A DNA stretch of 64,000 nt from an uncultured candidate division Zixibacteria bacterium (GTDB taxonomy: Bacteria > Zixibacteria > MSB-5A5 > GN15 > FEB-12): assembly GCA_963735035.1 (NCBI GenBank), contig CAVTJJ010000003.1, positions 576,001-640,000 of the forward strand, in the 5' to 3' direction. Positions within the stretch are counted from its first letter, which is position 1. Every line of letters starts with the position of its first letter. This document shows positions 19,544 to 30,142 of this stretch, piece after piece. The translations under genes were made by a program, and so were the position numbers. Under the pieces are notes generated by a model. That model was given only the letters and a program-made list of their open reading frames with translations. It ran no database searches and was not told where the DNA came from.

Positions 19544-19614
19544 TTGTTATCGCTCTCTTCGGCTTCTATGAGGGCAAATGTAAGAACTCCGTCAACCTAA
19601 AAAATGGGAAGCGT

Positions 19615-20045
19615 GCCACGGTCAAGCTGGGGCAAGACACCCGTCCCAGCGCGAGCGCTGGGGCACCAGGTTTTCGTACATGTCGGCAGATGTGGGTCCG
19701 CCGCGGCGGACCGGGCAAGTAGAAGGTCCGTCACGCCCGATTCAGTCGGGCATCCATGACTACTCGCGCTCGACATATCAAGGGGCAGACGAGGATCCCC
19801 GATCAAGTCGGGGACAGGCTTTGCCGCTCACGAATCGATCTTGATTACCACTTAGACCCCCGACGTTTCGGGGGTGACGGAGCTGGCGCTCCGTAATATC
19901 CCCTCCCACCATGAATGGCGGGCCACCCGGACCGGTTACAGGGCAAGGGGCAGACGAGGACGTCTGCCGCCCACACAACACCCACCCTCAAACCGGCAGA
20001 TGTGGACATCTGCCGGGCACGGTGTACGACTGGTGGGCCGCCCAG
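19615..20045. repeat. REP-like mosaic
   Basis: Same modules as 15103-15790 and 17290-17725. Confidence 0.85.
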
Positions 20046-20287
20046 CCAGGCAAATTGTGTTGTGTGGCAAGGCGTTAGAGGAACTCTGTCGGACAAAACC
20101 CAGGGCAGAGCCCTGAGGCACCCGAGCGAAATGTTAAATTATGCTTATTACTTGCGGGGAAGGAATTTATCGCGAAGATAAATGAATCCTGTTCCCCCGG
20201 TCTTCCGTCTACTAAATTAGTGTTAATGCGTCTTCTTGCTATCGCAAATTCGCTATTTTCAAATAATACATTGTGGAGGTCTGCTTC

Positions 20288-21823
20288 ATGGGTCAGATGA
20301 CAAGGCGGAGATTCGTCCAATTGGGGGCCCAGGGGATTGTCCTTGCCGCTATTCCGAGCTTCTTCCGGTTCAATCCAACGGCGGCTTTTGCCCGTCCGGT
20401 CGGTGAAATGGCGTTGACCGATTACTATGCCCATTTCGGATTGGACGAACAGACTATTCGTGACGTCATGGCGGCGGCGCTGTCTCGCGGCGGCGACTAC
20501 TGCGACATCTTTGTTGAGCATACGCTCAGCAACAATCTGGTGCTCGAAGACGACAAGGTGAGCCGGGCTTTCACGACGGTCGATCTCGGAGCCGGTATCC
20601 GGGTGCTCAAGGGCGACCAGACCGGTTTTTCGTTCACCGAAGAGCTGACTCCCGAGGCGATGAAGCTGGCGGCCAAGACCGCAGCGACGATTGCAGCGTC
20701 GGGCAGCGGATCGGCCCCGGCCAGTCTGAAGTATGTCAAGACGCCCAATTACTTCGTAGTTGAGAACCCGCTCGAAGAGATCACGATCGACCAGAAGATT
20801 CCGCTTCTGCAGAAAGTAAACGAGAAGATGGCGAATCTGGAAAGCAGCCTGATCCGACGCCGGGTGTCCTATTTCGACGGATCATCATATGTCCTGATCG
20901 CTACTTCCGACGGGCGAGTTGTGTGTGATTACCGTCCGATGACCCAGATTTCCGGGTCGTGTACGTCCGAGATCGATGGCCGCCGGGAGTCCTGTGGATA
21001 TTCGGTCGCCGGTCGGAGAAGCGCCGACTACTTTGACGATCAGGTGTTGACTCGGATAGGGACGGAAGCGGTCAATCGGACGATGCAGATGTTCAAGGCA
21101 GTGAAGCCTGAAGCGGGTGAGATGCCCGTGGTATTGGCCTCAGGTCACTCGGGAATTCTTCTGCATGAAGCTATCGGACACGGCATGGAAGCCGATTTCA
21201 ACCGTCGGAACGAATCGGTCTTCGCCGACAAGATCGGCAAGCCGGTGGCGGAGAAGATCGTCACCATCATCGACGACGGTACCAATCCGTACGAACGCGG
21301 ATCGATCAATGTCGACGACGAAGCCAATGAGAGCAAGCGCACAGTCCTGGTCGAAAATGGTACTCTCCAGAGCTTCATGCACGATAACATAAGCGCGAAG
21401 TTCTACGGCGTTCAGCCGACTGGAAACGGACGGCGCGAGTCATTCCGCTACAATCCGATTCCCCGGATGCGGAACACTTACATGCTCAACGGGCCGAACA
21501 CGCCTGAGGAAATCATCAGCAGCGTGAAGAAAGGGCTCTATTGCGAGTCTTTCACCAACGGCCAGGTCAATATCGGCCCCGGCGATTTCACGTTCTATGT
21601 CCAGAACGGCAATTTGATCGAAGACGGCAAGCTGACGGCTCCGGTGAAGGATGTCAATCTAATCGGCAATGGTCCGCAGGTGCTCGCCAAGATCACCATG
21701 GTGGCCAATGATTTCAAGATGTCGGAAGGCACCTGGACCTGCGGCAAAGGGCAGTCAGTTCCAGTGTCGCTCGGGATGCCGTCCGTGCTGGTGTCGGCCA
21801 TTACCGTAGGGGGCAAAGGATAA
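20288..21823 (+). CDS. tldD: TldD metalloprotease subunit with Tat-like leader
   Basis: HEAIGHGMEAD, PRMRNT, CGKGQSVPV; TRRRFVQ leader; GGAGG RBS. Confidence 0.9.
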   Translation: MGQMTRRRFVQLGAQGIVLAAIPSFFRFNPTAAFARPVGEMALTDYYAHFGLDEQTIRDVMAAALSRGGDYCDIFVEHTLSNNLVLEDDKVSRAFTTVDLGAGIRVLKGDQTGFSFTEELTPEAMKLAAKTAATIAASGSGSAPASLKYVKTPNYFVVENPLEEITIDQKIPLLQKVNEKMANLESSLIRRRVSYFDGSSYVLIATSDGRVVCDYRPMTQISGSCTSEIDGRRESCGYSVAGRRSADYFDDQVLTRIGTEAVNRTMQMFKAVKPEAGEMPVVLASGHSGILLHEAIGHGMEADFNRRNESVFADKIGKPVAEKIVTIIDDGTNPYERGSINVDDEANESKRTVLVENGTLQSFMHDNISAKFYGVQPTGNGRRESFRYNPIPRMRNTYMLNGPNTPEEIISSVKKGLYCESFTNGQVNIGPGDFTFYVQNGNLIEDGKLTAPVKDVNLIGNGPQVLAKITMVANDFKMSEGTWTCGKGQSVPVSLGMPSVLVSAITVGGKG

Positions 21824-21887
21824 CCGACGCGCCTGATTGGTTCAGGACTGGAAGTGTTCTGACGCACAACAAACTGGGATAAAGACT

Positions 21888-23210
21888 ATGAATAATAAAG
21901 AAAGACTGGAACTGGCGCGCTGGGCGGCCGGTGAATGCAAAAAGGCGGGCGCCGACGATGCGTCGGTCAACATCTCTTTTGATCGCAACGTGTCGGTGGA
22001 GCACCGTGACAAGAAGATCGACAACCTGAGCGAAGCGACCGAGAACTCGCTGAGCCTGTCGGTTTATCTCGGCGGTCGATATTCAAATCACACTACCTCC
22101 GATCTTCGCAAGGATACGCTGGGCGGATTCATTCAACAGGCGGTGGCGATGACCAAATACCTGTCGCCGGATCCGGACCGCACGCTGACCGATGCAAAAT
22201 ATTGTCAGGGCCTGCAAACGCGGGACCTCAAGCAGACGGATTCTACCTATGGTCAGGTTACGGCCGAAGAACGCGTCCGTCTGGCCAAAGAGTGTGAAGA
22301 TGCGGTGCTATCACGCAGCGACAAGATCGTGTCCTGTATGGGCAGTTATAGCGATTCGTACTCCGAGTCGGTGCTGGTGCTGACGAACGGTTTTGAAGGC
22401 GAGAAAGCCAGCACTAATTTCGACGCCTCGGCCGAGGTTACTCTGCAGGGCGCTGACGGCGTTCGGGTAGATGACTATGACTACGGCGGCGGTTGTTTCC
22501 GTCGCAACTTACCGTCGCCCGATGTTCTCGGCCAGAAGGCGGTGGAGCGCGCTATGGCTAAAGTGGGTCAGTCCAAGATGGAATCCGGTGTTTATGATAT
22601 GATTGTCGAGAACCGGGTGGCCTCAAGACTGATCGGGGCGACTCTTGGCTGTCTCAGCGGGCAGGCCATCTATCGCAAGAACTCGTTTCTGATCGACAAG
22701 CTGGGCCAGCCAATCGGCTGCGACAAGCTGACGATCATCGACGATCCATTCATCGAATCCGGCTATGGCTCGCGTCTGTACGACGGCGACGGGATGCCGT
22801 CACAGAAGCGCGTGGTCCTGGATAAGGGGGTTCTCCGCACCTATTTCATCGACTGGTATTACAGCCGCAAGCTGAAGACGGAGCCTACTACCGGCGGCAA
22901 TTCCAATCTTACTTATGAGTACGGGGACAAATCGTTGGATGGGTTGGTCAAACAGGCCAAGAAAGCGATCCTCATTACCAGTTTTATCGGAGGCAATTTC
23001 AACGCCACGACCGGTGAGTTCTCTTACGGCGTGACGGGGATGTATGTCGAAGACGGCAAGATTGTGCGGCCGATAAACGAGATGAATGTTGGCGGCAGTT
23101 ATGTCAGTCTCTGGAACCAACTGGTCGAGCTGGGTAACGATCCGTACTTGATGTCTCCGAATCGTCGACCAAGTCTCTATTTCAAGGACCTTCAGTTCGC
23201 GGGCAAGTAG
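21888..23210 (+). CDS. pmbA: PmbA/TldE subunit
   Basis: Follows tldD; DDP..YDGDG, GGNFNATTGEFS; no HExxxH. Confidence 0.88.
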   Translation: MNNKERLELARWAAGECKKAGADDASVNISFDRNVSVEHRDKKIDNLSEATENSLSLSVYLGGRYSNHTTSDLRKDTLGGFIQQAVAMTKYLSPDPDRTLTDAKYCQGLQTRDLKQTDSTYGQVTAEERVRLAKECEDAVLSRSDKIVSCMGSYSDSYSESVLVLTNGFEGEKASTNFDASAEVTLQGADGVRVDDYDYGGGCFRRNLPSPDVLGQKAVERAMAKVGQSKMESGVYDMIVENRVASRLIGATLGCLSGQAIYRKNSFLIDKLGQPIGCDKLTIIDDPFIESGYGSRLYDGDGMPSQKRVVLDKGVLRTYFIDWYYSRKLKTEPTTGGNSNLTYEYGDKSLDGLVKQAKKAILITSFIGGNFNATTGEFSYGVTGMYVEDGKIVRPINEMNVGGSYVSLWNQLVELGNDPYLMSPNRRPSLYFKDLQFAGK

Positions 23211-23472
23211 GATTGTTCGATAGATACTACGATGGTAAACGTCGCCGGTTAATTAGAGCCGGCGACGTTTTTCTTGAGTCGCAATCGCCAACGTGATCGT
23301 GCGTCGAGTCCGGCTGTGAGCCCGTTTAGTTTGACAAGCGCATACTTCTTTGCTAAGATTGATAAGGGATCCATTCCCGGTTTCGTTTGGTTCGGTTCTT
23401 ACGCGGTTAGTCCGCGGGCCAGGGCCTATCAATCGGGTAGTGTGATGCCGAAATGGCAAGAGAGAGAATGTA

Positions 23473-24444
23473 ATGAGAAAATTCATTTTCGTAGCAGTAT
23501 TCGTGTGTAGTCTGTGCTGTGTTGCAGCCGATGCCGAGATAACGATGAATGTAGCGCCGTACGCCAGAATAGGTTTTGGCGACACTCGCTACGAAATCTT
23601 CATTCTTGGCTATGATTCTGATAGTTCCCTGTTTAGCGGCGGTAGCAGACTAATCTATCCGATAGACGACGTTCAGACCGGAATTCGGTTCAACCTGAGT
23701 GTAATGGAGAAGGGGAATCGCGCCTGGACGGCTGAAGCTCGTATAGGCACGGCGGTGAGCAATCCGCATAGTCGGATGTCGGACGACGACTGGGAAAATA
23801 TCCAGAACGTGGAAGTGCTTTGGAGCCACACGCTCTCGGACGTTGACGGTTCCGCGAGCTCCGCCGGTCTGGAAGTTACCCGGCTCTTGAGCGCCGGACA
23901 TAGCGCTGAGTTGGGGGTGCTGGTAGGAATCCAGTACCAGAGGATCATGCAGAAGATGATCAGTCTCTATGGTTATCAGTACTGGGATGCCGATACCAAC
24001 GGACAGTTGGAAGTCTACCTGGCGTCTGATCGTGAACTGGCCCTCACCTATGAGATCCGCTATGTCCGGCCTCGGTTGGGGCTGGTTTCACGATGGCAGG
24101 CGGGTCCGTTCGGCACCGAGATAAAGGCCGCGCTTTCGCCGATGCTTTCCGTCAAAGATATCGATGATCATGTCCGTCGGGGATTCCAGATACGCACTGA
24201 TGGCAGAGGCGTTGGTGTTGGCTGCTCGGTAGCGCTCAGCTACGAGGCCCAGTCCTTCGGCGCCAGACCGTTTGTGACGCTCAGCGGCGATTTCTTTGGC
24301 GCCGATCTCAATACCGTCGGCACCCGCGATTACTACCGCGATTATGAAAAAGAAGGGATACATCGGGGAGATCGTTTTTCCGAGTCCCACCGGATCAGGA
24401 CCCGGCAGTACGGCATAGAACTGGCCGTGGGAATGAAGTTGTAG
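23473..24444 (+). CDS. Omptin-like outer membrane beta-barrel protein
   Basis: Signal peptide; SRLIYP, MSDDDW, DDHVRR motifs; amphipathic terminal strand. Confidence 0.7.
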   Translation: MRKFIFVAVFVCSLCCVAADAEITMNVAPYARIGFGDTRYEIFILGYDSDSSLFSGGSRLIYPIDDVQTGIRFNLSVMEKGNRAWTAEARIGTAVSNPHSRMSDDDWENIQNVEVLWSHTLSDVDGSASSAGLEVTRLLSAGHSAELGVLVGIQYQRIMQKMISLYGYQYWDADTNGQLEVYLASDRELALTYEIRYVRPRLGLVSRWQAGPFGTEIKAALSPMLSVKDIDDHVRRGFQIRTDGRGVGVGCSVALSYEAQSFGARPFVTLSGDFFGADLNTVGTRDYYRDYEKEGIHRGDRFSESHRIRTRQYGIELAVGMKL

Positions 24445-24664
24445 CGGTTTTCGTTCAACATTCGAAGGGATGTTATCAGCCTTATCAGTCGTTTCACCCG
24501 TTTCACTGCGAGACGAATCTGAAACGGTCTCTGTTCCGACCTGAAACCTGATCCGATTGTTGGTCGAGTCACTATCCTCAGGCCTGTCGAATCGTCGTCA
24601 CTAAGTTATTGTCCTATGGTTGATTGGGGGAATTTCGCGGCAAGCATTGTGTGAGTGGCATCGT

Positions 24665-24680
24665 TGGCACGGAAGTTTCA
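24665..24680 (+). promoter_or_regulatory. Possible sigma54 promoter
   Basis: TGGCACGGAAGTTTCA: perfect -24, -12 deviates (TTTC). Confidence 0.45.
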
Positions 24681-24690
24681 TACATAATCA

Positions 24691-24928
24691 GCGTCGAACG
24701 ACTTTGGCGAGGTTACTGGGGGGCTGGAAATCTCGCCAAAGGTCACGACACCGTGGGGAGGACAGCAGGGGGAGACAACAGGGGAGGACGGTTGAGCGAT
24801 AGGTTGAGCAGCTAGGATTCATTGGGGGGGAGCTCAAGGGATTGTGTACTGGCCCAGGGAATGGGCAAAGCACACGAAACACCACTTCACCGTGAAAACA
24901 GCCTGTACCGGCAGGCTGTTTTCGTTTT
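24691..24928 (+). ncRNA. Candidate CsrB/RsmZ-like GGA-repeat sRNA
   Basis: About 10 GGA motifs in ~140 nt, GCCCA-GGGAA-TGGGC hairpin, strong terminator, no credible ORF. Confidence 0.55.
24894..24928 (+). terminator. Intrinsic terminator
   Basis: GAAAACAGCCTG-6nt-CAGGCTGTTTTC then GTTTT. Confidence 0.8.
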
Positions 24929-25030
24929 GTCTAAATCAGCAACTACTACCTCCATTTTCGGCCCGGCCTTCCGATCAGTTGTATAAGATTACCAAGAATG
25001 ATATCCTGATCGGCAGGATTGTAAAGGACC

Positions 25031-26161
25031 TTGAAAGTGGAAGCGCACGATCACAGCGTGGCAATAGGTAAAGTTGCTTCGAACTCGGTTGAAACCGAAC
25101 CGAGGCCTCGGGTATTGATCCTGCAACCTTCGAACGGTTCCGAGGCCCCGACCGCAGCCTTGATCGCGGCCGGATTGGCCGGAGAAGGCTGGGCCGCGTC
25201 CGGCTTTGCCATGACTCCCGGGCACCGTTCTGAATGGGTTTTCGACTTCAGAACGATCGAGCGGACGCTTACAGGAAAATACGAGTTCTTTCGGAGTCTG
25301 GTTCACAAAGTGTCGTCCTGCGACCTCGTGCACATCCCCTGCACGACCTCCCGTCAAATTGTGCGCGAAGCCCTGCCACTCTTGATTCTGACCAGATTTC
25401 TGGGCAAGCGTTCGGTCTTGCACTTCGTCTCTCCCGATATTGAAACTCTGCTTGAACGACGGCGTCGCTTTATCCTGCCCCTTCTCAAGCTGGCCGATAA
25501 CACCGTGGTGGGTTCGAGACATCTCCAGAAAATCATAGCCCGGACGGGGCTGAATGTACGCGCCCTGACCGCGCCGGTTTCAATTGAGCGCCTGACGCAC
25601 CGAGTGCGAGCCAGGTTGCAGCCGAAGATACTGGTGGTGTCACCACTTGAGGCCGATGCCAACGTCCAGGCGGCCATCAGAGCCTTTCGATTGGTCAAAC
25701 AGAAGTATCCTCGGTCTGAGATGATAGTGATCGGTCAAGGCAACCTGCGTCGGAACCTCGAAGACTTGACCGACCGGGGCAATATTGTCGGAGTTGAATT
25801 CCGAGGTGAAGCCAGTGAGAGTAGAATCACCGATGCCCTGAACGAGTGCGATATGCTTCTGCACGCGCCACTGGCGGATGAATCCCCCGCCATATTGATC
25901 AAAGCTTTTGCGGCCGGTCTGCCGGTCGTGACGAGCGACGCCGATGGATTTCTGCACATGGTCCGTGACCGGGTCAGCGCGCTTATCGTGCCGAGCGGCG
26001 ACCATGTGAAACTGGCGGATGCGATTCTTGAGTTGGTGGAGAATGAAGAATTATGCGCGCGGATGTCACTACAGGGGCGTCAGGAAGCTGAAAAATATTC
26101 CTGGTCCCGAGTGAGACAAGACTGGGCAAATTTGTATAAGACTATGAGGTCAACTAGTTAA
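25031..26161 (+). CDS. Glycosyltransferase family 4
   Basis: GT-B C-domain: ESPAILIKAFAAGLPVVTSD..YSW; start uncertain. Confidence 0.85.
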   Translation: MKVEAHDHSVAIGKVASNSVETEPRPRVLILQPSNGSEAPTAALIAAGLAGEGWAASGFAMTPGHRSEWVFDFRTIERTLTGKYEFFRSLVHKVSSCDLVHIPCTTSRQIVREALPLLILTRFLGKRSVLHFVSPDIETLLERRRRFILPLLKLADNTVVGSRHLQKIIARTGLNVRALTAPVSIERLTHRVRARLQPKILVVSPLEADANVQAAIRAFRLVKQKYPRSEMIVIGQGNLRRNLEDLTDRGNIVGVEFRGEASESRITDALNECDMLLHAPLADESPAILIKAFAAGLPVVTSDADGFLHMVRDRVSALIVPSGDHVKLADAILELVENEELCARMSLQGRQEAEKYSWSRVRQDWANLYKTMRSTS

Positions 26162-26190
26162 CCAATACGTTACCTTCTTGTCGTGCAACG

Positions 26191-26225
26191 GAAGGGCCGG
26201 GACAACACCCGACCCTTCTTTTTTG
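26191..26225 (+). terminator. Intrinsic terminator
   Basis: GAAGGGCCGGG..CCCGACCCTTC followed by T-run. Confidence 0.7.
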
Positions 26226-26296
26226 TGTTTGTGGTTGGTACCCTGGTATTTAGTAAGTGATTGCGCCGCTTTGCCTACTGCCCTTATATTTGCGGT

Positions 26297-27544
26297 ATGC
26301 TAGCCAAACTAAGCCACAGCGCGCTGGACTCGTTTCGCACTTGTCCGCGCAAATTCAAATTCGAAAAGATCGAGAAAGTCAAAGTCTACCAACCTACTCC
26401 GGCTCACTTGTTGGTCGGTACGGCGGTCCATGCGCAGGTCCGGAAAGCCTACGACTGGGCGGCAAACGGCAAGCTCTACCCTCTACCTGAAATGCTGGCC
26501 GGATATGACAAAGTGTTTGAGGGACCCAACCGAGACAAAGTAGTTCCGGGGCACGAATACTCGACTGTCGAAGAGGATATCGCGCGTGGAAGAGATATGC
26601 TGGAGAAATTCTATTCCCAGTATCAGCCGTTTTCTGAGGGGAAACATCTGTTCGCCGAGAAGTCGTTTTCGTTTCATCTGCCGGATTGTTCGCCAGAAAT
26701 GACGGCGCGGGTCGATCGAGTATGGAAACGCGACGATGGCGTCTACGAGATTGCGGATTTCAAGACGGGCAAAATGGCGGGGCCCAAGGACCCGGTCTTC
26801 AGGAATCAGATGGGGTTCTACCAATTGGCGGTCGCGGAGTCATTCCCCGATTGGACTATTGAAGTGGCGGAATACTTTCTCAGGTACGGCGAAGTTGTCC
26901 GCTACGCGATGCGACCGGACGAGCTCGATGAGTTGGCGGAACAATTTCGAGCCGAAGTTCACGATATTGCCCGGGCCGAGCGAACCGATAGCTGGCCCAC
27001 CAAAGAGGGCGGGCACTGTAACTGGTGTGATTTCTTTCAGCTCTGTCCGGCTAAGCGGCACCAGAAAGTGATGGAAGAGTCGGATGATGAGGAAGCACCA
27101 CAGGGGTTCCGCGAGGCGGCGGTTCTCGCCGATAAGTATCTCAATCGTAATGTCGAGTACAAACGCCTGAAGACGGAACTCGACGCTCTCAAAGAAGATC
27201 TGACGACTGTGGCCAGGGAGCTGAAAGTCAGCAAGTTCCAGGGAACGACCGGCCATGTATCGGTTACGATCAAGCCGATGGAGAAATTGCCGTCGAAGTC
27301 CAATGATCCGCAAAAGTATGTCGAGTTGGTTTCGCTGGTGCGTTCATGGGATGAGAACACGCGCGAAACCTGCTTGAAGCCTGATGAGACGATTCTGATG
27401 AACCTATATCACCGGGGTCGATTGGCGCCTCTTGAGAAAGAAGCTCTGGCACGATTGATAAAAACATCGGAGCAGATAACGGTACGGGCGAAACTCAACC
27501 AGCCGATTGATTCGGAGGACTCAGAAGAGGCCGAAGGCGATTGA
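26297..27544 (+). CDS. PD-(D/E)XK nuclease (RecB/AddB-like, Fe-S Cys motif)
   Basis: LSHSAL..CPRKF, GTAVH, RVDRV, IADFKTG, QMGFY, CNWCDFFQLCP. Confidence 0.88.
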   Translation: MLAKLSHSALDSFRTCPRKFKFEKIEKVKVYQPTPAHLLVGTAVHAQVRKAYDWAANGKLYPLPEMLAGYDKVFEGPNRDKVVPGHEYSTVEEDIARGRDMLEKFYSQYQPFSEGKHLFAEKSFSFHLPDCSPEMTARVDRVWKRDDGVYEIADFKTGKMAGPKDPVFRNQMGFYQLAVAESFPDWTIEVAEYFLRYGEVVRYAMRPDELDELAEQFRAEVHDIARAERTDSWPTKEGGHCNWCDFFQLCPAKRHQKVMEESDDEEAPQGFREAAVLADKYLNRNVEYKRLKTELDALKEDLTTVARELKVSKFQGTTGHVSVTIKPMEKLPSKSNDPQKYVELVSLVRSWDENTRETCLKPDETILMNLYHRGRLAPLEKEALARLIKTSEQITVRAKLNQPIDSEDSEEAEGD

Positions 27545-27716
27545 TGTCGGCTTCTTAGAACGTCGGCCGATGTGGGCATCGGCCGGGCACGTTTCAGAGC
27601 GGAACTAGCACTATCCTGCCGGCACTTGTAGGTCGGTGTCCCGAGTCGCGGCCGGTAACAGCGGGCGCGACGAGAAACCCGACAGGGTCTACTGTCCTCA
27701 CAACCCATCTTGCGGC

Positions 27717-27746
27717 ACAAAAAAGCCCGGCCGTGTGGCCGGGCTT
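27717..27746 (-). terminator. Intrinsic terminator
   Basis: AAGCCCGGCC-GTGT-GGCCGGGCTT with A-run. Confidence 0.75.
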
Positions 27747-27771
27747 CTGAAGTCTATTGAACAACTAAGAA

Positions 27772-28347
27772 CTACTTCTTGGCGTAGCGGATTACCCAGG
27801 CCGGCTTGATCTGGCGCTCGATCATTTCCATTTTGCTGGTGTCGGCGGCCGCACCCTGAACCTGATCGGCAACCGCCATCAGGCTGACACCACGAGCGAC
27901 GGTGGTCGTGTCGATCGTGAGATTATCGATATTCTTGCCTTCGAGGGAAGACACGAATACGGTCACGAGCCGTCCGTTGCCGGGGGCGAGCTTGTGGTCA
28001 GTAGGTCCGATATTGGCAATCATGCCGAGAGTAACGCATTGAATAGCCGTATCCGAACGAAAACCGGGGTAAGCCCACTTGGCTTCGGCGATTCGACCGC
28101 CGGTGTAACTGGCGGAATCGGCCACGATCTTGTTCATACCGGCGTCCATTTTGAACGGAATCTGGAGTCCCACCACATTTTCGTCGTTGAAATACGAGAT
28201 GGTGACAGTCGCCGTAGTGGGGTTGATCCAGGCCACGTCGGCATAGACCGTGTCTACAGCGCCAAAACGATCCTGCCCGGCCATAGCGGCCAGCGGCAAC
28301 AGGATTAAGCACGTCAATCCAAGTACAGTCTTCGCAATCGGTTTCAT
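27772..28347 (-). CDS. Secreted cohesin-like beta-sandwich protein
   Basis: Signal peptide; DTV..NDE..GLQIP..DS.SYTGGR..LAPGNG.L pattern. Confidence 0.65.
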   Translation of the reverse strand: MKPIAKTVLGLTCLILLPLAAMAGQDRFGAVDTVYADVAWINPTTATVTISYFNDENVVGLQIPFKMDAGMNKIVADSASYTGGRIAEAKWAYPGFRSDTAIQCVTLGMIANIGPTDHKLAPGNGRLVTVFVSSLEGKNIDNLTIDTTTVARGVSLMAVADQVQGAAADTSKMEMIERQIKPAWVIRYAKK

Positions 28348-28411
28348 TCTTCCTCCAAAAGTATCCTACGTCCAGCCAAAGAGCTTGTACATTATATGTC
28401 GGCCAAAGATC

Positions 28412-29900
28412 CTACATTTCCTGAGTCTCGTCAACCGTTGTCAGCCTGGTTTTTAGCACCTGAATGAGAGAATCGGCGGTGGCCGGGTTGTTCAGTTGGT
28501 CCCGGTAGGTAACAATGGCCACGATCGCGGCCCGGTAGCCGATTTCCGTGGTCGGGTACTTGTCGGAAACCTCGGTCAACAGGGCGCAGGCCCGAACCCA
28601 ATCGTGGCGAAGGCGATACAGCTCGGCCTTGTAGCTGAGAGCGGCCGCGGCGGCCCGACTGTTGGGGCGGGTGGACGCGATTTCATCGTACTCTTTCTCG
28701 GCCCGCTCTTCAAGACGATCCGCTTCGGTACTTCGCCCCTGCTTGCGATATTGCTCGATCAGATAGAGATAAGTGGCCAGACTCTGCTCGGTCCCGGGGA
28801 AATTATTCATCAGGTATTTATACTCGGTCTCGGCCCGATCCTGGCGGTCCTGCATTTCGAAAGTGCGCGCGATAGCATACTGCAGGTTCGGCATCTGGGC
28901 GTAAAATTGAGGGTAGTCCTGTTTGACATCGGTCAGAATCTGGCGGGCCTGATCGTACTCCTTGCGGTACATCAGGATGAGTCCCTTGTTGTATAGGATC
29001 ATCGGGCGCTGCAACGTGTCGCTATCTTTCAGGCGGCTCAGAATTCGGTCGTATTCTTCCAGAGCTGAGATCCGGGCGGCCAAGCTGATCGGCATGAAGC
29101 GACGCAATTCTCAGGTAGGCCGGGGTGGCTATCCCGCCAGTCGTGTCGGTCAGGTTGCTTAGCTCGGTGACGGCATCCTGATACCGCCCCAGTTTTTCGT
29201 AGAGTCCGGCCAGGTTGAGACGGCTGACACCCGAAGTATTAGTTCCGGGATGATCGGCAATCAGACGGCGATAATATTCCTCTGCTCTGGCGGACTGGGT
29301 CCTGGCGGCGGCAGTATCGCCAATCTTGATAAGGCCGTCGTAAATCTGGTTGGGCAGGTTGAACAGGCCGACAATAACTTCGCCGTCGGGGCCGATCGGG
29401 GGATAGAATTTCGCCACCGAGTAGTTGTAGACCGTCAAGGCCGAATCCCATTTACCGCTGGCCTGCAACGCCCGGCCAAGATTCAGATGCACGGAAATAT
29501 CGGGAAGGCCACTGAGGGGGACACGCTTCATAACAGTTCGAAGAATCGCAATGCTGCTATCAAAGCGCTTCTCGGCGAAAGAAAGCTGCGAGAGGCGGGT
29601 GGCGGACTGAAATGTCAGCTGGGTCATCTCGCCGTATTCGGTGGGATAGACTGCCGGTGGGATAGAATCCAGGGCGTGGTAACAGTACTGCAGGGCGGCG
29701 CCGTACTCGCTGTGCAGTTGCTGCGAAATCTCCGGAGTCATCAACGCCTGTATGATATGCGCGCCGCGCCGGGTTCGTTCGGCCTGGAAAAACAACCGCT
29801 CAGCCTCATAGCGGGCCCGGACGGCCGGATTTTCGGAACAGGCAGTCAGGGCCAGCGCGAGGGTGCCGGTTATGAAGAGTAGTAGAGATAGACGTTTCAT
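28412..29900 (-). CDS. Tetratricopeptide repeat lipoprotein (frameshift near 29050-29070)
   Basis: Lipobox LTAC; TPR helices in ORFs 29022..29900 and 28412..29107. Confidence 0.8.
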
Positions 29901-30142
29901 ATTCTGAGCTTCGGCGTTTTCAGGTTAAGCTGCAGATACAACGCGGAAATATAGAAGGGTGGTGCCACAAGGCAAAAATAAAGATTTGGGGGTCGTCGTC
30001 CGACTCTTCGACAAGCTCAGGGTGACGGAGGGGTATTGATGGGTGCCGTCAGGCGTCTCTGCCTGACGGCGGCTGACTCGTGCAGTGGGCGGCAGAGCCT
30101 GCCCCCGACTTGATCGGAGGTCGTCGTGTGCCAAGTAGGTCG

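Noticed and set aside
15100..20050. CRISPR array
   Set aside because: Repeats are irregularly spaced, of several families, interleaved with genes; no cas genes.
15298..20181. Small repeated ORFs beginning MTELVLRN/MTELALRN
   Set aside because: They are translations of the REP mosaic modules, without RBS or coding signature.
26297..27544. Cas4 / CRISPR adaptation gene
   Set aside because: The Fe-S PD-(D/E)XK fold is shared with AddB/RecB-like proteins; no cas1 or array nearby.
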